Positions 41,735-52,325 of a stretch of DNA of 64,000 nucleotides are shown in pieces. Position numbers and translations under genes: made by a program. Every line of letters starts with the position of its first letter. Position 1 is the first letter of the stretch. The notes below the pieces were generated by a model, which searched no databases, was not told the DNA's origin, and was given only the letters and a program-made list of their open reading frames with translations. The DNA comes from an uncultured delta proteobacterium (lineage in GTDB: Bacteria; Desulfobacterota; Binatia; UBA9968), in the NCBI GenBank assembly GCA_963760795.1, contig CAVXEP010000034.1, forward strand, positions 32,001 through 96,000, in the 5' to 3' direction.

Positions 41735-42847
41735 TCAATGCAGCAGGATGTGGGCGACGACTTCGAAGGTGACGATCCCGAGGGTAACCACCGAGGTGGC
41801 GAGCACGAAGGTCGTGCGCCGCTTTTCCAGCGTCGTCATGGTCTTGAGCTGGACCGGAACTTTGGCGTCGGCACGTAGCTTTCTCGCATGGGCCAATGTG
41901 TAGAGATTGGCTAGAGCGGCGAGTGTCGTGAGCGCGAGCACAGGCACGCGCAAACTGCTTTGGTCGAGGAATGTCAGCAGACCGGCTAATCCGAACACGC
42001 TGCCGGCTCCTAACGCAACTGCCAATGGCCCGATCAGAGTGACCACGGCGCAGGGCGCGCCGAGGATGCCGAATATGATCGCGCCGATGCTGGTCGCTTC
42101 TCTAGACAAAGACTCGGGCGGATCGCCGATCAGGCGCGTGGCTTGATTGCCGCGCAGACGATAGGCGGTCACCGGCTCGCGAAATCCCTTAACCGCGACT
42201 TGCTCCGATTTCGCTTCGCCAAAGTCCGCTGGGTGTTTCGAAAAACTCTCTTCGCTGATGAGAATTTCACCGGCGCTGGCTTTGCCTTGCAGGCGTGCCG
42301 CCAGGTTGACCACATCGCCGATCGCCGTGTAGTCCTTCGAGTCGTCGGAACCTAAGCGGCCGACGCGGGCAAATCCAGTGGCGATGCCGATGGAGGCCTT
42401 CAGGTCCAGGTTAAAGTTCGCGCCGAGAGTCTTGAGTGCTGCACTCAATTCGGTTGCCGCTGCGACCGCGCGTAGGGGGTGGTCTTGGTGGCGAAGCGGC
42501 ACGTTGAATAGCGCCATGACCGCGTCGCCGACATATTTGTCGATGAACGCGCCATGCTTCACTAAGACTTCGGTGGCCATGCGCAGAAACGCATCGACGA
42601 CTTCGTGGGTTTTCTCCGCGCCCAATTCTTGGGTCAGCTCGGTGAACGACGACAGGTCGGCGAACAGCACGGTGATTTCCACCATTCTCCCTTCTTCGAC
42701 ATGGGTGCTACAGCGGGTGCAGATGTTTGGATTGCGCGGGCTCCGTTTGATGCCGAAGGTGCGGTAGACGGCGCTCAGCGCACCGGACAGCATGGTGCCG
42801 CAGACGCTGCATTGTGCCGCCAGTTGCGGGCTCGAATGAACATGCAT
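41735..42847 (-). CDS. Class III adenylate/guanylate cyclase with N-terminal Cys motifs and C-terminal TM helices
   Basis: VLFADLSSFT, IDKYVGDAVM, YTAIGDVVNLAARLQ, VKG. Confidence 0.9.
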   Translation of the reverse strand: MHVHSSPQLAAQCSVCGTMLSGALSAVYRTFGIKRSPRNPNICTRCSTHVEEGRMVEITVLFADLSSFTELTQELGAEKTHEVVDAFLRMATEVLVKHGAFIDKYVGDAVMALFNVPLRHQDHPLRAVAAATELSAALKTLGANFNLDLKASIGIATGFARVGRLGSDDSKDYTAIGDVVNLAARLQGKASAGEILISEESFSKHPADFGEAKSEQVAVKGFREPVTAYRLRGNQATRLIGDPPESLSREATSIGAIIFGILGAPCAVVTLIGPLAVALGAGSVFGLAGLLTFLDQSSLRVPVLALTTLAALANLYTLAHARKLRADAKVPVQLKTMTTLEKRRTTFVLATSVVTLGIVTFEVVAHILLH

Positions 42848-42945
42848 AAGACAAGCAGTAACGTAGGGCGAGCGACGATGTCAATGTGATTGCTTCGCGT
42901 GCCGTTTACGGGAATAATGCGGCGACTCTCAGGAGGATATGTTCA

Positions 42946-43297
42946 ATGTCGGATCACTATCATGACGAGAACGACTTGAAGTTGATGCGCGAGATGCGCA
43001 AGCTGGCGCCGGACGATTTTAACGCCTGGCTCGGCCTCGAGAAAACTGTCGGGCGCGATGGCGGTGCGATTCCCCGTAAGTACCGCGAGTTGATTGCTAT
43101 CGCCGTGTCGGCGACGACCCAGTGTCCGTACTGCATGGAAGCCCACGCCAAAGCGGCACACGCCGCTGGCGCGACGCGGCGAAGAAGTTGTCGAAGCGTC
43201 TTTTATCGCTGCGGCACTGCGTGCCGGAGCGGCAGCAACCCACGGCGCCATGGCGCTCAAGTTTTTCGACAGGCAGGCGGAGCAGAAGAAGGAATAG
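42946..43297 (+). CDS. Carboxymuconolactone decarboxylase/AhpD family protein (frameshift near 43180)
   Basis: KYRELIAIAV...QCPYC..H; AAALRAGAA. Confidence 0.88.
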
Positions 43298-43304
43298 ACT
43301 GTCC

Positions 43305-43784
43305 GTGCGGGTGTTCGCTAACTTGAAGCAGCAAGTTCTCTGGCTTCTCGCCGCGAGCGTTATAACTATGCCGCTATTTTCATGCTCCGGAACCAGACCT
43401 GCCGATTTGGGAGTCAAAGACGGCCACTTGCTTCCTTGTCCCGCGTCGCCCAACTGCGTGTCGAGCGATGCCCTCGACACTGGCCATTCGGTGGCCTCGT
43501 TTCGGCTGATTGTGCCGCCAACGGATGGCTGGCGCGCGGTTCAAGCTGCTATCGACGGACTACCCCGCACGAAGATCATCAGTGTGACGGACGATTATCT
43601 CCACGCCGAGTGCAGCAGCGCGGTGTTTGGTTTTGTCGACGATCTCGAACTGCACTTGCGGCCAGCGGAGAAGCTGGTCGCGGTGCGTTCCGCCTCGCGT
43701 CTCGGTCACAGCGACTTCGGCGTCAACCGCAAGCGGGTGGAGCAGCTTCGCTCGCTGCTGATCAAGCAACTCTTGGTGCGTTGA
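43305..43784 (+). CDS. DUF1499 domain protein
   Basis: CPASPNCVSS, FGFVDDLE, RSASRLGHSDFGVNRKR; start uncertain. Confidence 0.88.
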   Translation: MRVFANLKQQVLWLLAASVITMPLFSCSGTRPADLGVKDGHLLPCPASPNCVSSDALDTGHSVASFRLIVPPTDGWRAVQAAIDGLPRTKIISVTDDYLHAECSSAVFGFVDDLELHLRPAEKLVAVRSASRLGHSDFGVNRKRVEQLRSLLIKQLLVR

Positions 43785-43967
43785 GGTTTAATGACACAAT
43801 CGAAAGCGCAACAGATCGATCGGGCGAAATGCGGCGCGAGCTTGGGTTCGCCGTCGCGGTTGCTCAGCTGGTTCTCGTCGCTTAGGATTTCGGCGCTCGG
43901 CTGAATCCATAGACAGTGCTCAGCCGGACTTGCAAGATCGCTCCGGATGCCAAAAGTTGGAGACGCG

Positions 43968-44678
43968 ATGGCCCAAATTGAACTTACCGACAGCGTTAAT
44001 TTAGACATTGCATTGCGCTTGGTCGCCTCGCTGTTAATCGGCGGGTTGATCGGCCTCGAACGGAGCTATCACGGCCGGCCGGCCGGATTCCGCACTCACT
44101 CCCTCGTCTGTCTATCGACAAGCCTGTTGATGCTGGTGACGGTCTATGAAACGCATTGGTTTCCAAACCTTTCTGAAGGGCGGATTTCCCTCGATCCGAC
44201 GCGCATGGCGCAAGGAATCATGACCGGCATCGGTTTTCTCGGCGCGGGTACGATCATGAGAGACGGACTTTCGGTGCGCGGGCTCACCACCGCGGCCTCG
44301 ATCTGGATCACCGCCGCGATCGGTATTCTTATCGGCATCGGTTTTTACGTTCCCGCTGTGATCGCGACCCTGTTGACGCTGGGGACGCTGTCGGTCTTTA
44401 GATGGATCGAGAGCCGGATTCCGACACAGCTCTATTCTCAATTCGTCGTCCGCTTCGCGCGCGATAAGGCGATGCCCGAGGCGCAAATGCGCCATTTGTT
44501 AAGCGATTACGGTTTCACGGTCGCTAATCTAAACTATCGGCTCAACGTCGAAGCCGACTTCATAGAATATCAGATGATTATCCGCACCACCCAAGCGGAC
44601 AATGCGAGCAAGCTGACGCAAGGGCTCAACGCGATTGACGCGGTGAAGGAATATCGCGTCTCGCCCACCGGCGATTAA
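43968..44678 (+). CDS. mgtC: MgtC/SapB family membrane protein
   Basis: IGLER...AGFRTH, GIGFLGAG, GLTTAASIW. Confidence 0.9.
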   Translation: MAQIELTDSVNLDIALRLVASLLIGGLIGLERSYHGRPAGFRTHSLVCLSTSLLMLVTVYETHWFPNLSEGRISLDPTRMAQGIMTGIGFLGAGTIMRDGLSVRGLTTAASIWITAAIGILIGIGFYVPAVIATLLTLGTLSVFRWIESRIPTQLYSQFVVRFARDKAMPEAQMRHLLSDYGFTVANLNYRLNVEADFIEYQMIIRTTQADNASKLTQGLNAIDAVKEYRVSPTGD

Positions 44679-44782
44679 AGTGTCCGTGCCGAATCGATAA
44701 TTGAAACGATAAGCGCGACTTTTTGCTAAAACGGCGGGTCGTTGATCTCATAACTAAGTGATGACCAATTTGAGTACCTGAT

Positions 44783-45838
44783 ATGCTGAGCTACGATGTT
44801 GTCGAATGGGGCAAGCCGCTCGAGAAAATAGAGCGGGCAACGCCGATGCCGAAGAGCACGGAAGTGCTCGTCAAGCTGAAATACTGCGGCGTGTGCCACA
44901 GCGACGTGCATATCCGCGACGGTTATTTCGATCTCGGCGGCGGCCGGCGCTTGCACATGAGCGAGCGCGGCATGGCGCCGCCGGTCACCTTGGGCCATGA
45001 GCCGTACGGAACCGTCATCGCTGCTGGACCGGATGCCGGCGGTGTTCCCTTCGGTGAAGACCGCTTGATCTTTCCTTGGATCGGTTGTGGCGCCTGCGTG
45101 CGTTGCCGCGAAGGGCTGGATAATTACTGCATGGCGCCCAAGATGATCGGCATCCAGCGACCCGGTGGTTATGCCGATCACCTAATCGTGCCGCATCCAC
45201 GCTATTTGATCGATGCTAGCGGCATCGATCCGGTGTGGGCGGCGACGCTGTCCTGCTCGGGGCTGTCGACTTATTCTGCGATTTCGAAGCTAAAGCCGAT
45301 TCCTCGCGACGAATGGGTTGCCGTGATCGGCGCGGGTGGATTGGGGTTGTCGGCCATCGGCATGTTACGCGCGCTGGGACATGAGCGCATCGTTTCAATC
45401 GATATCGATGCCGCTAAATTGAACGCGGCGTCCGCAGCGGGAGCAGCTGCGACGCTCGATAGCCGCAATGAAGATGCGCTGCAGCGTCTCAAAGAAATTA
45501 CTGACGGCGCTCTCTGCGGCGCGGTAGATTTTGTCGGCAGCGCGGAGACGGCGCTGCTAGCGTTCGGCGGTTTGCGTAAAGGCGGCAGATTGGTTCTCGT
45601 CGGCTTATTCGGCGGCGAGATCAAACTATCGATCGCCAGCACCATACTGCGCGGCGATTCGGTTCAAGGTTCCCATCTTGGCAGTGTTGAAGAGTTGAAC
45701 GCGGTTGTTGCGCTCGCGCGGGAAGGGAAAATTAAACCGATCCCGATTGAGACGCGGCCATTGTCGGAAGTGAGCCGAACGTTGGATGAGTTGCAGGCGG
45801 GGACGGTGATTGGCAGAGTCGTGGCAGTAAATTACTGA
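44783..45838 (+). CDS. Zinc-dependent alcohol dehydrogenase
   Basis: GVCHSD, GHE, CGACVRC...C, GAGGLG. Confidence 0.93.
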   Translation: MLSYDVVEWGKPLEKIERATPMPKSTEVLVKLKYCGVCHSDVHIRDGYFDLGGGRRLHMSERGMAPPVTLGHEPYGTVIAAGPDAGGVPFGEDRLIFPWIGCGACVRCREGLDNYCMAPKMIGIQRPGGYADHLIVPHPRYLIDASGIDPVWAATLSCSGLSTYSAISKLKPIPRDEWVAVIGAGGLGLSAIGMLRALGHERIVSIDIDAAKLNAASAAGAAATLDSRNEDALQRLKEITDGALCGAVDFVGSAETALLAFGGLRKGGRLVLVGLFGGEIKLSIASTILRGDSVQGSHLGSVEELNAVVALAREGKIKPIPIETRPLSEVSRTLDELQAGTVIGRVVAVNY

Positions 45839-45883
45839 CTTGCGCTACGTTGCGTCGTAACCGGTTCGGATCGGGCATTCAGA

Positions 45884-47104
45884 ATGGCAGATAACCCTAA
45901 GAATATTTCCTGGCGCTACATCACCCTCGCCGCCGCGGCGATGCTGATGATCACCATGGGGGCGCGCCAGGCGCAGGGACTGTTCGTTTTCCCGATCAGC
46001 GGATCGACGGGGGTGAGTATTGTCGCGATTAGTTTCGCCATGGCGGTGGGGCAGTTTCTCTGGGGCGCGGTGGCGCCGGTGGCGGGTATGCTCGGCGATC
46101 GCTTTGGCGCCGCGCGCGTCCTCGTTGGCGGCGTGCTGGTGTTGGCACTGGGCACGGCGCTGACGCCCTTGTTTACCACTAGCGCGGGGCTGGTGTTTAC
46201 CATCGGTGTGCTCACAGCGGTGGGATCGGGCGCCGGCAGCTTTTCGATGTTGGTCGGCACGGTGATGCACCGTTTACCGCCGGCCCGTCGCGGCATCGCC
46301 GCCGGGATCATTACCGCAGGCGGTTCCTTCGGTCAATTCGTCTTTGCGCCGATCATTCAGGCGCTGATTTCTCTCTGGGGCTGGATGGGTGCGATGTGGT
46401 CCTTGAGCGTCATCGCGCTCGTGGCCTTGCCGTTGGTGCGGCCGATCAGCGGCCCCGCGATCGGAAATGGAGCGGTGAGTGCCAATCAAACGGGCGCCGA
46501 TTTGCGCGATATGTTGAAAAAAGCTTTCGCCGATCGCAGTTATTTGTTGCTGCATGGCAGCTTTTTGACCTGTGGCTTTCACATCGCTTTTCTCGTCACC
46601 CATCTTCCCGGCGAAGTGGATCTCTGCGGTTTGCCGGCATCGGTGGCGAGCTGGTCGCTGGCGATTATCGGTTTGTCGAATATTGCCGGCTGTATCACCG
46701 CCGGTTGGTTGCTCAATCGCTTCCGGGGCAAGTATGTTTTGTTCTGGATGTACGGCTCGCGGACGTTGCTGATTTTGCTTTATCTCGCCGCGCCCAAAAC
46801 CGAGTGGACGTTTTATCTGATGGCTGTCGGACTCGGCTTTTCATGGCTGGGAACGGCGCCGCCGACCGCAGGCGTGGTCGGGAAATTATTCGGCACCCGC
46901 TACCTGGCGACGCTCTACGGCCTGACCATGTTGTCGCATCAGACCGGCGCGTTCTTCGGCGCCTGGCTGGGCGGACTTGCCTTCGCGCACTACGGCAATT
47001 ATTTGTCGATGTGGTATGCCGATGCCTTGTTCGCCGCGGTCGCGGCGCTTTTGAATCTGCCGATCCGCGAACCGCGAGTCGAACCCGCCGCGCTGCCGGC
47101 ATAA
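45884..47104 (+). CDS. MFS transporter
   Basis: About 12 TM segments; [28 protein letters not shown]. Confidence 0.92.
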   Translation: MADNPKNISWRYITLAAAAMLMITMGARQAQGLFVFPISGSTGVSIVAISFAMAVGQFLWGAVAPVAGMLGDRFGAARVLVGGVLVLALGTALTPLFTTSAGLVFTIGVLTAVGSGAGSFSMLVGTVMHRLPPARRGIAAGIITAGGSFGQFVFAPIIQALISLWGWMGAMWSLSVIALVALPLVRPISGPAIGNGAVSANQTGADLRDMLKKAFADRSYLLLHGSFLTCGFHIAFLVTHLPGEVDLCGLPASVASWSLAIIGLSNIAGCITAGWLLNRFRGKYVLFWMYGSRTLLILLYLAAPKTEWTFYLMAVGLGFSWLGTAPPTAGVVGKLFGTRYLATLYGLTMLSHQTGAFFGAWLGGLAFAHYGNYLSMWYADALFAAVAALLNLPIREPRVEPAALPA

Positions 47105-47133
47105 TTTTAGTTCGATCAGGAAGGATTTTTGCC

Positions 47134-47450
47134 ATGTCAGAATTCACCAATGTCACGGTCATCAAAAAGGCCAACGTTTACTTCGACGGCAAAGTGTCAG
47201 CCGCACGGTGGTTTTTGCCGATGGCGCCAAGAAAACCCTCGGGATCATGCAGCCGGGCGAGTACGAGTTCAGCACCGGCGACAAGGAGGTCATGGAAATC
47301 ATCAGCGGTGAATTGGCTGTCTCTCTCCCCGGCGCCGCCAGCGCCAGGCCGGTGAAAGCGGGAGAGTCTTTCGAGGTGCCGGCAAATTCTAAATTCCGCC
47401 TGGTGGTCAAAACGTTGACGGATTATTGCTGCTCTTTCATCGCATCCTAG
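47134..47450 (+). CDS. ppnP: Pyrimidine/purine nucleoside phosphorylase (frameshift near 47198)
   Basis: [38 protein letters not shown]. Confidence 0.9.
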
Positions 47451-47752
47451 CTATTGGCGTTGGCTAGTCGCTAATTACTAATTCCACTCCGAAAAATTTG
47501 CCCCGGGATGGCACGTCGACGGTGAGCCGTTCTCGCCTCCGGTGTCGACGTTCGTAAAATAATCTCAGAGTGCTGCAACCGCGGTTGCCTCTGCGGTTGC
47601 CTCTATTGTAACCTGCGGTTGCTTCGTGCCGCTCACTTTCGCACCGGGCACTTTCGTAATCCTCGTAATATCCTTTACTTACATCTGTTTCCGCTGCTGG
47701 CATTCAGCTTGCTCATTGGCTTGGGCAAAGACTTGAAAGCGAGGGTGTTCAA

Positions 47753-48436
47753 TTGCTGGCAGTAGGACAACGGTGCGAGGTTCCCGCGATAAAAGTTGAG
47801 CGCTATGCGGCCAAACCGGCGCGCTACTTTCCCTACGATCCCGAAGCGCCGCAGGTCGCCGCGCGCGTCATCGACGCGATTCTCGATTGTCGATCGACTC
47901 TTTATGTCGATCATATTGGCAGCACGGCGGTGCCCGGTTGCGGCGGCAAGGGGATCATCGATTTATTGGTATCTTATCCAGCGGGCGCGTTTTTCGTTGC
48001 CAGGGATGCCCTCGATCAGCTAGGCTTTCAACCGCAGGGCGGCCCTGAGCCATTTCCCGAATCGCGGCCGATGCGGGTCGGGGCGGCGACCTATCGTGGC
48101 AAGACGTATCTGGTTCATGCTCATGTGATCCGCAGCGGTGACCGCGAGGGACAGGAGCTCATCAGGTTTCGCGATCGCTTGCGTGCCGATGCCGAGCTAG
48201 TGCAAGCCTACCAAGTGGAGAAATTATCGATTCTCTCCAGCGGTATCACTGTTAGCACGGATTATTCGAAGGCAAAGAGTGAATTCATCCGTGGCGTGCT
48301 TGGCGAGGTTCATGGAACCAAGCCTGTTGCATCGTCTCGCACTGAATCGATTGCCAGTGCGCCGGCATCGCAGATATTTACTCGCTCGGTAGCCTTGCCA
48401 TTGAGAAGCACGCCTGCCCGTGCCTATAGTGACGGT
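47753..48436 (+). CDS. GrpB family nucleotidyltransferase-like protein (no stop before the helicase as assembled)
   Basis: HIGSTAVPG..GKGIIDL, FRDRLR...Y..EK, YSKAKSEFI; boundaries uncertain. Confidence 0.75.
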
Positions 48437-49645
48437 ATGCTATTTGCTAAGCTCGGTTTGTCCGACAAGGTTCTCGAAGGGGTTAAGTCGGCCGGTTACA
48501 CCGACCCGACACCGATTCAGCTGCGCGCGATTCCGTTAGCGCTCGAAGGGCGCGATCTCATCGGCTCGGCACAGACCGGCACGGGGAAAACCGCCGCGTT
48601 CGCCTTGCCGATCATTTCTAAACTCGGCCAGCATGGAAAAACCCGCGCTCTGATACTCGAGCCGACCCGCGAGTTGGCGGCGCAGGTTGAGACAGCGTTC
48701 CATGATTACTCGCGCTTTACCGACCTGCGTACGGTGGTGTTGTACGGCGGCACCGGATACGGCAAGCAAGATCAAGCGCTGCGCCGCGGCACCGATATCG
48801 TGGTCGCGACGCCGGGCCGGTTGCTCGATCAATTGCAGCGCCAGATGCTGCGCCTGAACGATATCGAATTTTTGGTGCTGGATGAGGCCGACCGCATGCT
48901 CGATATGGGCTTCATGCCCGACGTGCGCAAGATCGTCGACCGCGTGCCCAAATCTCGGCAGACCATGTTGTTCTCGGCGACGATCCCGCCTGAGATCGAC
49001 GCGCTGGTGCGCTGGGCGATGAAAAACCCCGAAACGATTCAGATCGGCCAGCGCCGTTCGCCCGCCGAAACCATCACCCACGCGCTTTATCCAGTCGATG
49101 TCGCGCAGAAACAAGAATTGCTAGCAGAGTTATTGGAGCGCACCGAATACGATCAGGTGTTGATCTTCTGCCGCACCAAGAACGGCGCCGACCGGGTGGC
49201 GCGCCGGCTCACTGAAAAGGGGCATTCGGTCGCGGTGCTGCATTCCAATCGCACCCAGCGCGAGCGTGAGCAGGCGCTCAACGGTTTCCGCAACGGACGC
49301 TATGAAGTTATGGTCGCCACCGACATCGCCGCCCGGGGCATCGACGTCGAGCAGATCAGCCATGTGATCAACTACGATGTGCCGCATCATCCGGAAGATT
49401 ACGTCCATCGCATCGGCCGCACCGGCCGGGCGCTAAGCGTCGGCGATGCCTTCACCCTGATGACCGCCGAAGATCTTCAGGAAGTCGCCGCCATCGAGCA
49501 TTTCATCGGCCAGAAGATTCCCAAGCTAAAACTAGAAAATTTCAACTACGCATTCACTCGTCTGCTCGATCCCAATCCCAAACCGACTTTCGGCGCCCGC
49601 GCCGGCTCCAAGCGTGCCTACGGGCCGGGCCGGGGACGCTGGTAG
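48437..49645 (+). CDS. DEAD-box RNA helicase
   Basis: PTPIQ, AQTGTGKT, PTRELA, TPGRL, DEAD, SAT, ARGID, HRIGRTGR. Confidence 0.95.
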   Translation: MLFAKLGLSDKVLEGVKSAGYTDPTPIQLRAIPLALEGRDLIGSAQTGTGKTAAFALPIISKLGQHGKTRALILEPTRELAAQVETAFHDYSRFTDLRTVVLYGGTGYGKQDQALRRGTDIVVATPGRLLDQLQRQMLRLNDIEFLVLDEADRMLDMGFMPDVRKIVDRVPKSRQTMLFSATIPPEIDALVRWAMKNPETIQIGQRRSPAETITHALYPVDVAQKQELLAELLERTEYDQVLIFCRTKNGADRVARRLTEKGHSVAVLHSNRTQREREQALNGFRNGRYEVMVATDIAARGIDVEQISHVINYDVPHHPEDYVHRIGRTGRALSVGDAFTLMTAEDLQEVAAIEHFIGQKIPKLKLENFNYAFTRLLDPNPKPTFGARAGSKRAYGPGRGRW

Positions 49646-49728
49646 CCCCTCCCTAGCCGATCGCACGACTCGCGTCACTGAGTGAAGCTAGCTGGTTGTG
49701 AGTTTTAAATTGCTGTTGACGAAGTAGT

Positions 49729-49806
49729 CCGTCATGCCGGTGAAAACCGGCATCCATCTTCGGCATCGGCAATGAGCCTGGATTCCCGCCTGCGCGGGAA
49801 TGACGG
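49729..49806. repeat. REP/dRS3-like palindromic pair
   Basis: ccGTCATgccggtgaaaaccggcATCCA ... TGGATtcccgcctgcgcgggaATGACgg. Confidence 0.75.
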
Positions 49807-49858
49807 AAATAGCATTGTGGTCCAACGGTGTTTAACTACAGACCTCCCACTCCAAGCA

Positions 49859-50911
49859 TTATTGTACGAACAATTTCTTGATCTGATCGGTCACTTCCGT
49901 CGGTTGCTTGATGATGTCGACGGCGGTTTTCTGCAATTGCTCACCGCGCAGGGGCGCGATTTCGATGGAAAGCTTTTTCGCTTCGGCGAGTAATTCCGGG
50001 TCTTTCGAAGCTTTTTCGTAGCCGTCGCGCAGGATTTTGACGCGGTCGGCCGGGGTCGCCGGCGGCGCGATTAGCGGCCTTGCCCACTCACCGCCTTGGA
50101 GCATCGCCTCGGCGACGCGCCGTTTGGTCGCCGCAGTTTTGTACTCATCCATCAATTCGTAGATCGTCGGCGCGTCGGGGATGCGCGGCGATCGCTTGTG
50201 GCCGCTCTGGGCGAGGAAACGGACGAACTTGTTTTTGAGCCAGCTTAAAAATGGCTCGCGGCCGTAGTACGTCGCGATCGTCAATCCCATGCAGGCGACC
50301 TCGCCGCGCTCCATGGCCAGAGCGATCTCGCTGCTGCCGGGATAGCCGGTGACATGGCCGACCTTCATGCCGACGGTTTCTTCGAGGATCTTCGACATGA
50401 CGTAATCCGAACTGCCGACGCCGGTGGAGCCGCATTTGGGTGGCTCTTTCGCGCGAATGATATCAGCGACGGATCTGAACGGCGCGTCGGCGCGGGCAAA
50501 CATGATCATGTCGTCGTTTTCCAAGGAGCCGATCCACTGAAATTTGGTCAGGTCGAACTTTACTTCCTTCTGGCCGGAGAGCTGGGCCAGGTAAAAATTA
50601 TTATGCGGCGCCAACAAAGTCAGTCCATCCGGCTTGGCCACTCCCCAAATATAGTTGGCGGCGGTAACCGAACCAGCGCCGGGCATGTTCTGCACGGTGA
50701 AGTCGGGATTGCCGGGGACGTACCTGCCCATGTAGCGGGAAACTAGACGGGCGGCGCGATCGTAGCCGCCACCGGTGCTGAGGCCGACAACGATGCGGAT
50801 CTGTTTGCCTTTGAAGAACGACTCCTGGGCGTGCAGGGCTTGCGACGGCCATGCCGCGGCCAACATGAGCATCAGGACAGCCCAGATCATTTTGTCGCGT
50901 CGTATCCTCAT
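49859..50911 (-). CDS. Tripartite tricarboxylate transporter substrate-binding protein (TctC/Bug)
   Basis: GGGYD..AR, NMPGAG, KPDGLT, GYPG..E..LAMERGE. Confidence 0.9.
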   Translation of the reverse strand: MRIRRDKMIWAVLMLMLAAAWPSQALHAQESFFKGKQIRIVVGLSTGGGYDRAARLVSRYMGRYVPGNPDFTVQNMPGAGSVTAANYIWGVAKPDGLTLLAPHNNFYLAQLSGQKEVKFDLTKFQWIGSLENDDMIMFARADAPFRSVADIIRAKEPPKCGSTGVGSSDYVMSKILEETVGMKVGHVTGYPGSSEIALAMERGEVACMGLTIATYYGREPFLSWLKNKFVRFLAQSGHKRSPRIPDAPTIYELMDEYKTAATKRRVAEAMLQGGEWARPLIAPPATPADRVKILRDGYEKASKDPELLAEAKKLSIEIAPLRGEQLQKTAVDIIKQPTEVTDQIKKLFVQ

Positions 50912-51087
50912 TTTTCCTCCGGGTCTTTAATAAGATCTCTCGCGCTGCAAATATAAAGTGTCGGCCGCGCAATGCAACCATGAATGGCAGCTCTGCTTGA
51001 CAGTGGATTCACCGCCGGGTGATATTTAGATCACGCTCGATATTTGCGCCGCGTTTCACCCAAACCAACCTAGTATGAAAGACTTGA

Positions 51088-51731
51088 ATGTACCTACCCA
51101 GATACTTTGAAGAAACTCGCGTCGAAGTCCTGCACCAGCTCATGCGTGAGCGTCCGCTCGCGACCCTCGTGACATTGGGGCCGCGGGACTCAACGCCAAT
51201 CATCTGCCCTTCGAACTCGACTCTGAGCCGCTGCCCAACGGCACGCTGCGTTGTCATGTCGCCCGGGCCAATCCGGTGTGGCGCGACTATTCCCTCGGCA
51301 CCGAAGCGCTGGTTATTTTTCATGGGCCGCAGGTTTACATTTCGCCGTCTTGGTATGAGACCAAGAAACAGAGCGGAGAAGTGGTTCCGACCTACAACTA
51401 TGCCGTCGTCCACGCCTATGGCGCGCTGCGAATTATCCAAGAGCGCGCGTGGCTGCGCGGCTTGGTGACGCGCTTGACGGAGCGCTTTGAAAGCGCCAGC
51501 GCGGCGCCCTGGCAAGTGAGCGATGCGCCGGAGGATTTTATCGACAAACAGTTGGGCGCCATCGTTGGCATCGAGATCACGATTACAAGATTAGCAGGCA
51601 AATGGAAGGTCAGCCAAAATCGCCCGGCGCTGGATCGCGTCGGTGTCGTCGAAGCCTTGAGCGCAACCGCCGGCGCCGACAGTTTGGCCATCGCGCAAAT
51701 GATTAAAGAACGTTCGTCGTCGTCGTCGTAA
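51088..51731 (+). CDS. paiB: FMN-binding PaiB family protein (frameshift near 51184)
   Basis: MYLP..F, HVARANP, YISPSWY, VPTYNY, KWKVSQN. Confidence 0.88.
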
Positions 51732-51808
51732 CTCGGGACAAACCATGCGAGGCATTGCAGCGCCGACGGTAGCGGAATAGAGTCCTGGCCAACCAGATTA
51801 GAACATCG

Positions 51809-52198
51809 ATGCTCTCTTCGGTTTACTTAATCCTTGGCGGTATCCTATTACTTGCCACCTTGGGCCGGGTGGTTGTTCGCGGCGGAGCCAAAGGAACTGA
51901 CTGGGCGCTTGAAACCGCATTTATCCGTCTCGACTTCCCGCCTGAGCATAGAGCCGTAGCGCAGCAACTCGCCGCCGGTCTCGCCGAAGTCGTCGGCATG
52001 AAGATCAAGCAGTTGACGCCGGACCATAATCTAACTCAGATCGCGGATTGGGCCGATGACCGGATCGACGCCAAGGATCTGATCACGCTATTCGTCGTCG
52101 CCTTTCACGTCAGATGCGATTCGAACACCACCTTTCGCGCTCTGGTCGAGAAGGTTGCCAATAAGAAGGCCGCGGATAGCGGTAAGAGGGCCGTGTAA
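51809..52198 (+). CDS. Hypothetical protein with N-terminal membrane anchor
   Basis: Clean 129-aa ORF, hydrophobic N-terminus, host-like codon usage. Confidence 0.65.
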   Translation: MLSSVYLILGGILLLATLGRVVVRGGAKGTDWALETAFIRLDFPPEHRAVAQQLAAGLAEVVGMKIKQLTPDHNLTQIADWADDRIDAKDLITLFVVAFHVRCDSNTTFRALVEKVANKKAADSGKRAV

Positions 52199-52325
52199 TG
52201 GACTGTTGGGCAAACTTTGGTTGTTCCTGAAGCTACGAACGGAGAATTTGACGGTTGGCAACGTTTACTTGCCGGCGACGTGTGCGATGCCATACTGATC
52301 GTCGACTCCTGACCACTATTTAACC

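Noticed and set aside
47508-47764. Selenoprotein reading through TGA into a Cys-rich peptide
   Set aside because: No recognisable SECIS hairpin, RBS or family motif; likely a by-product of the GCGGTTGC repeats.
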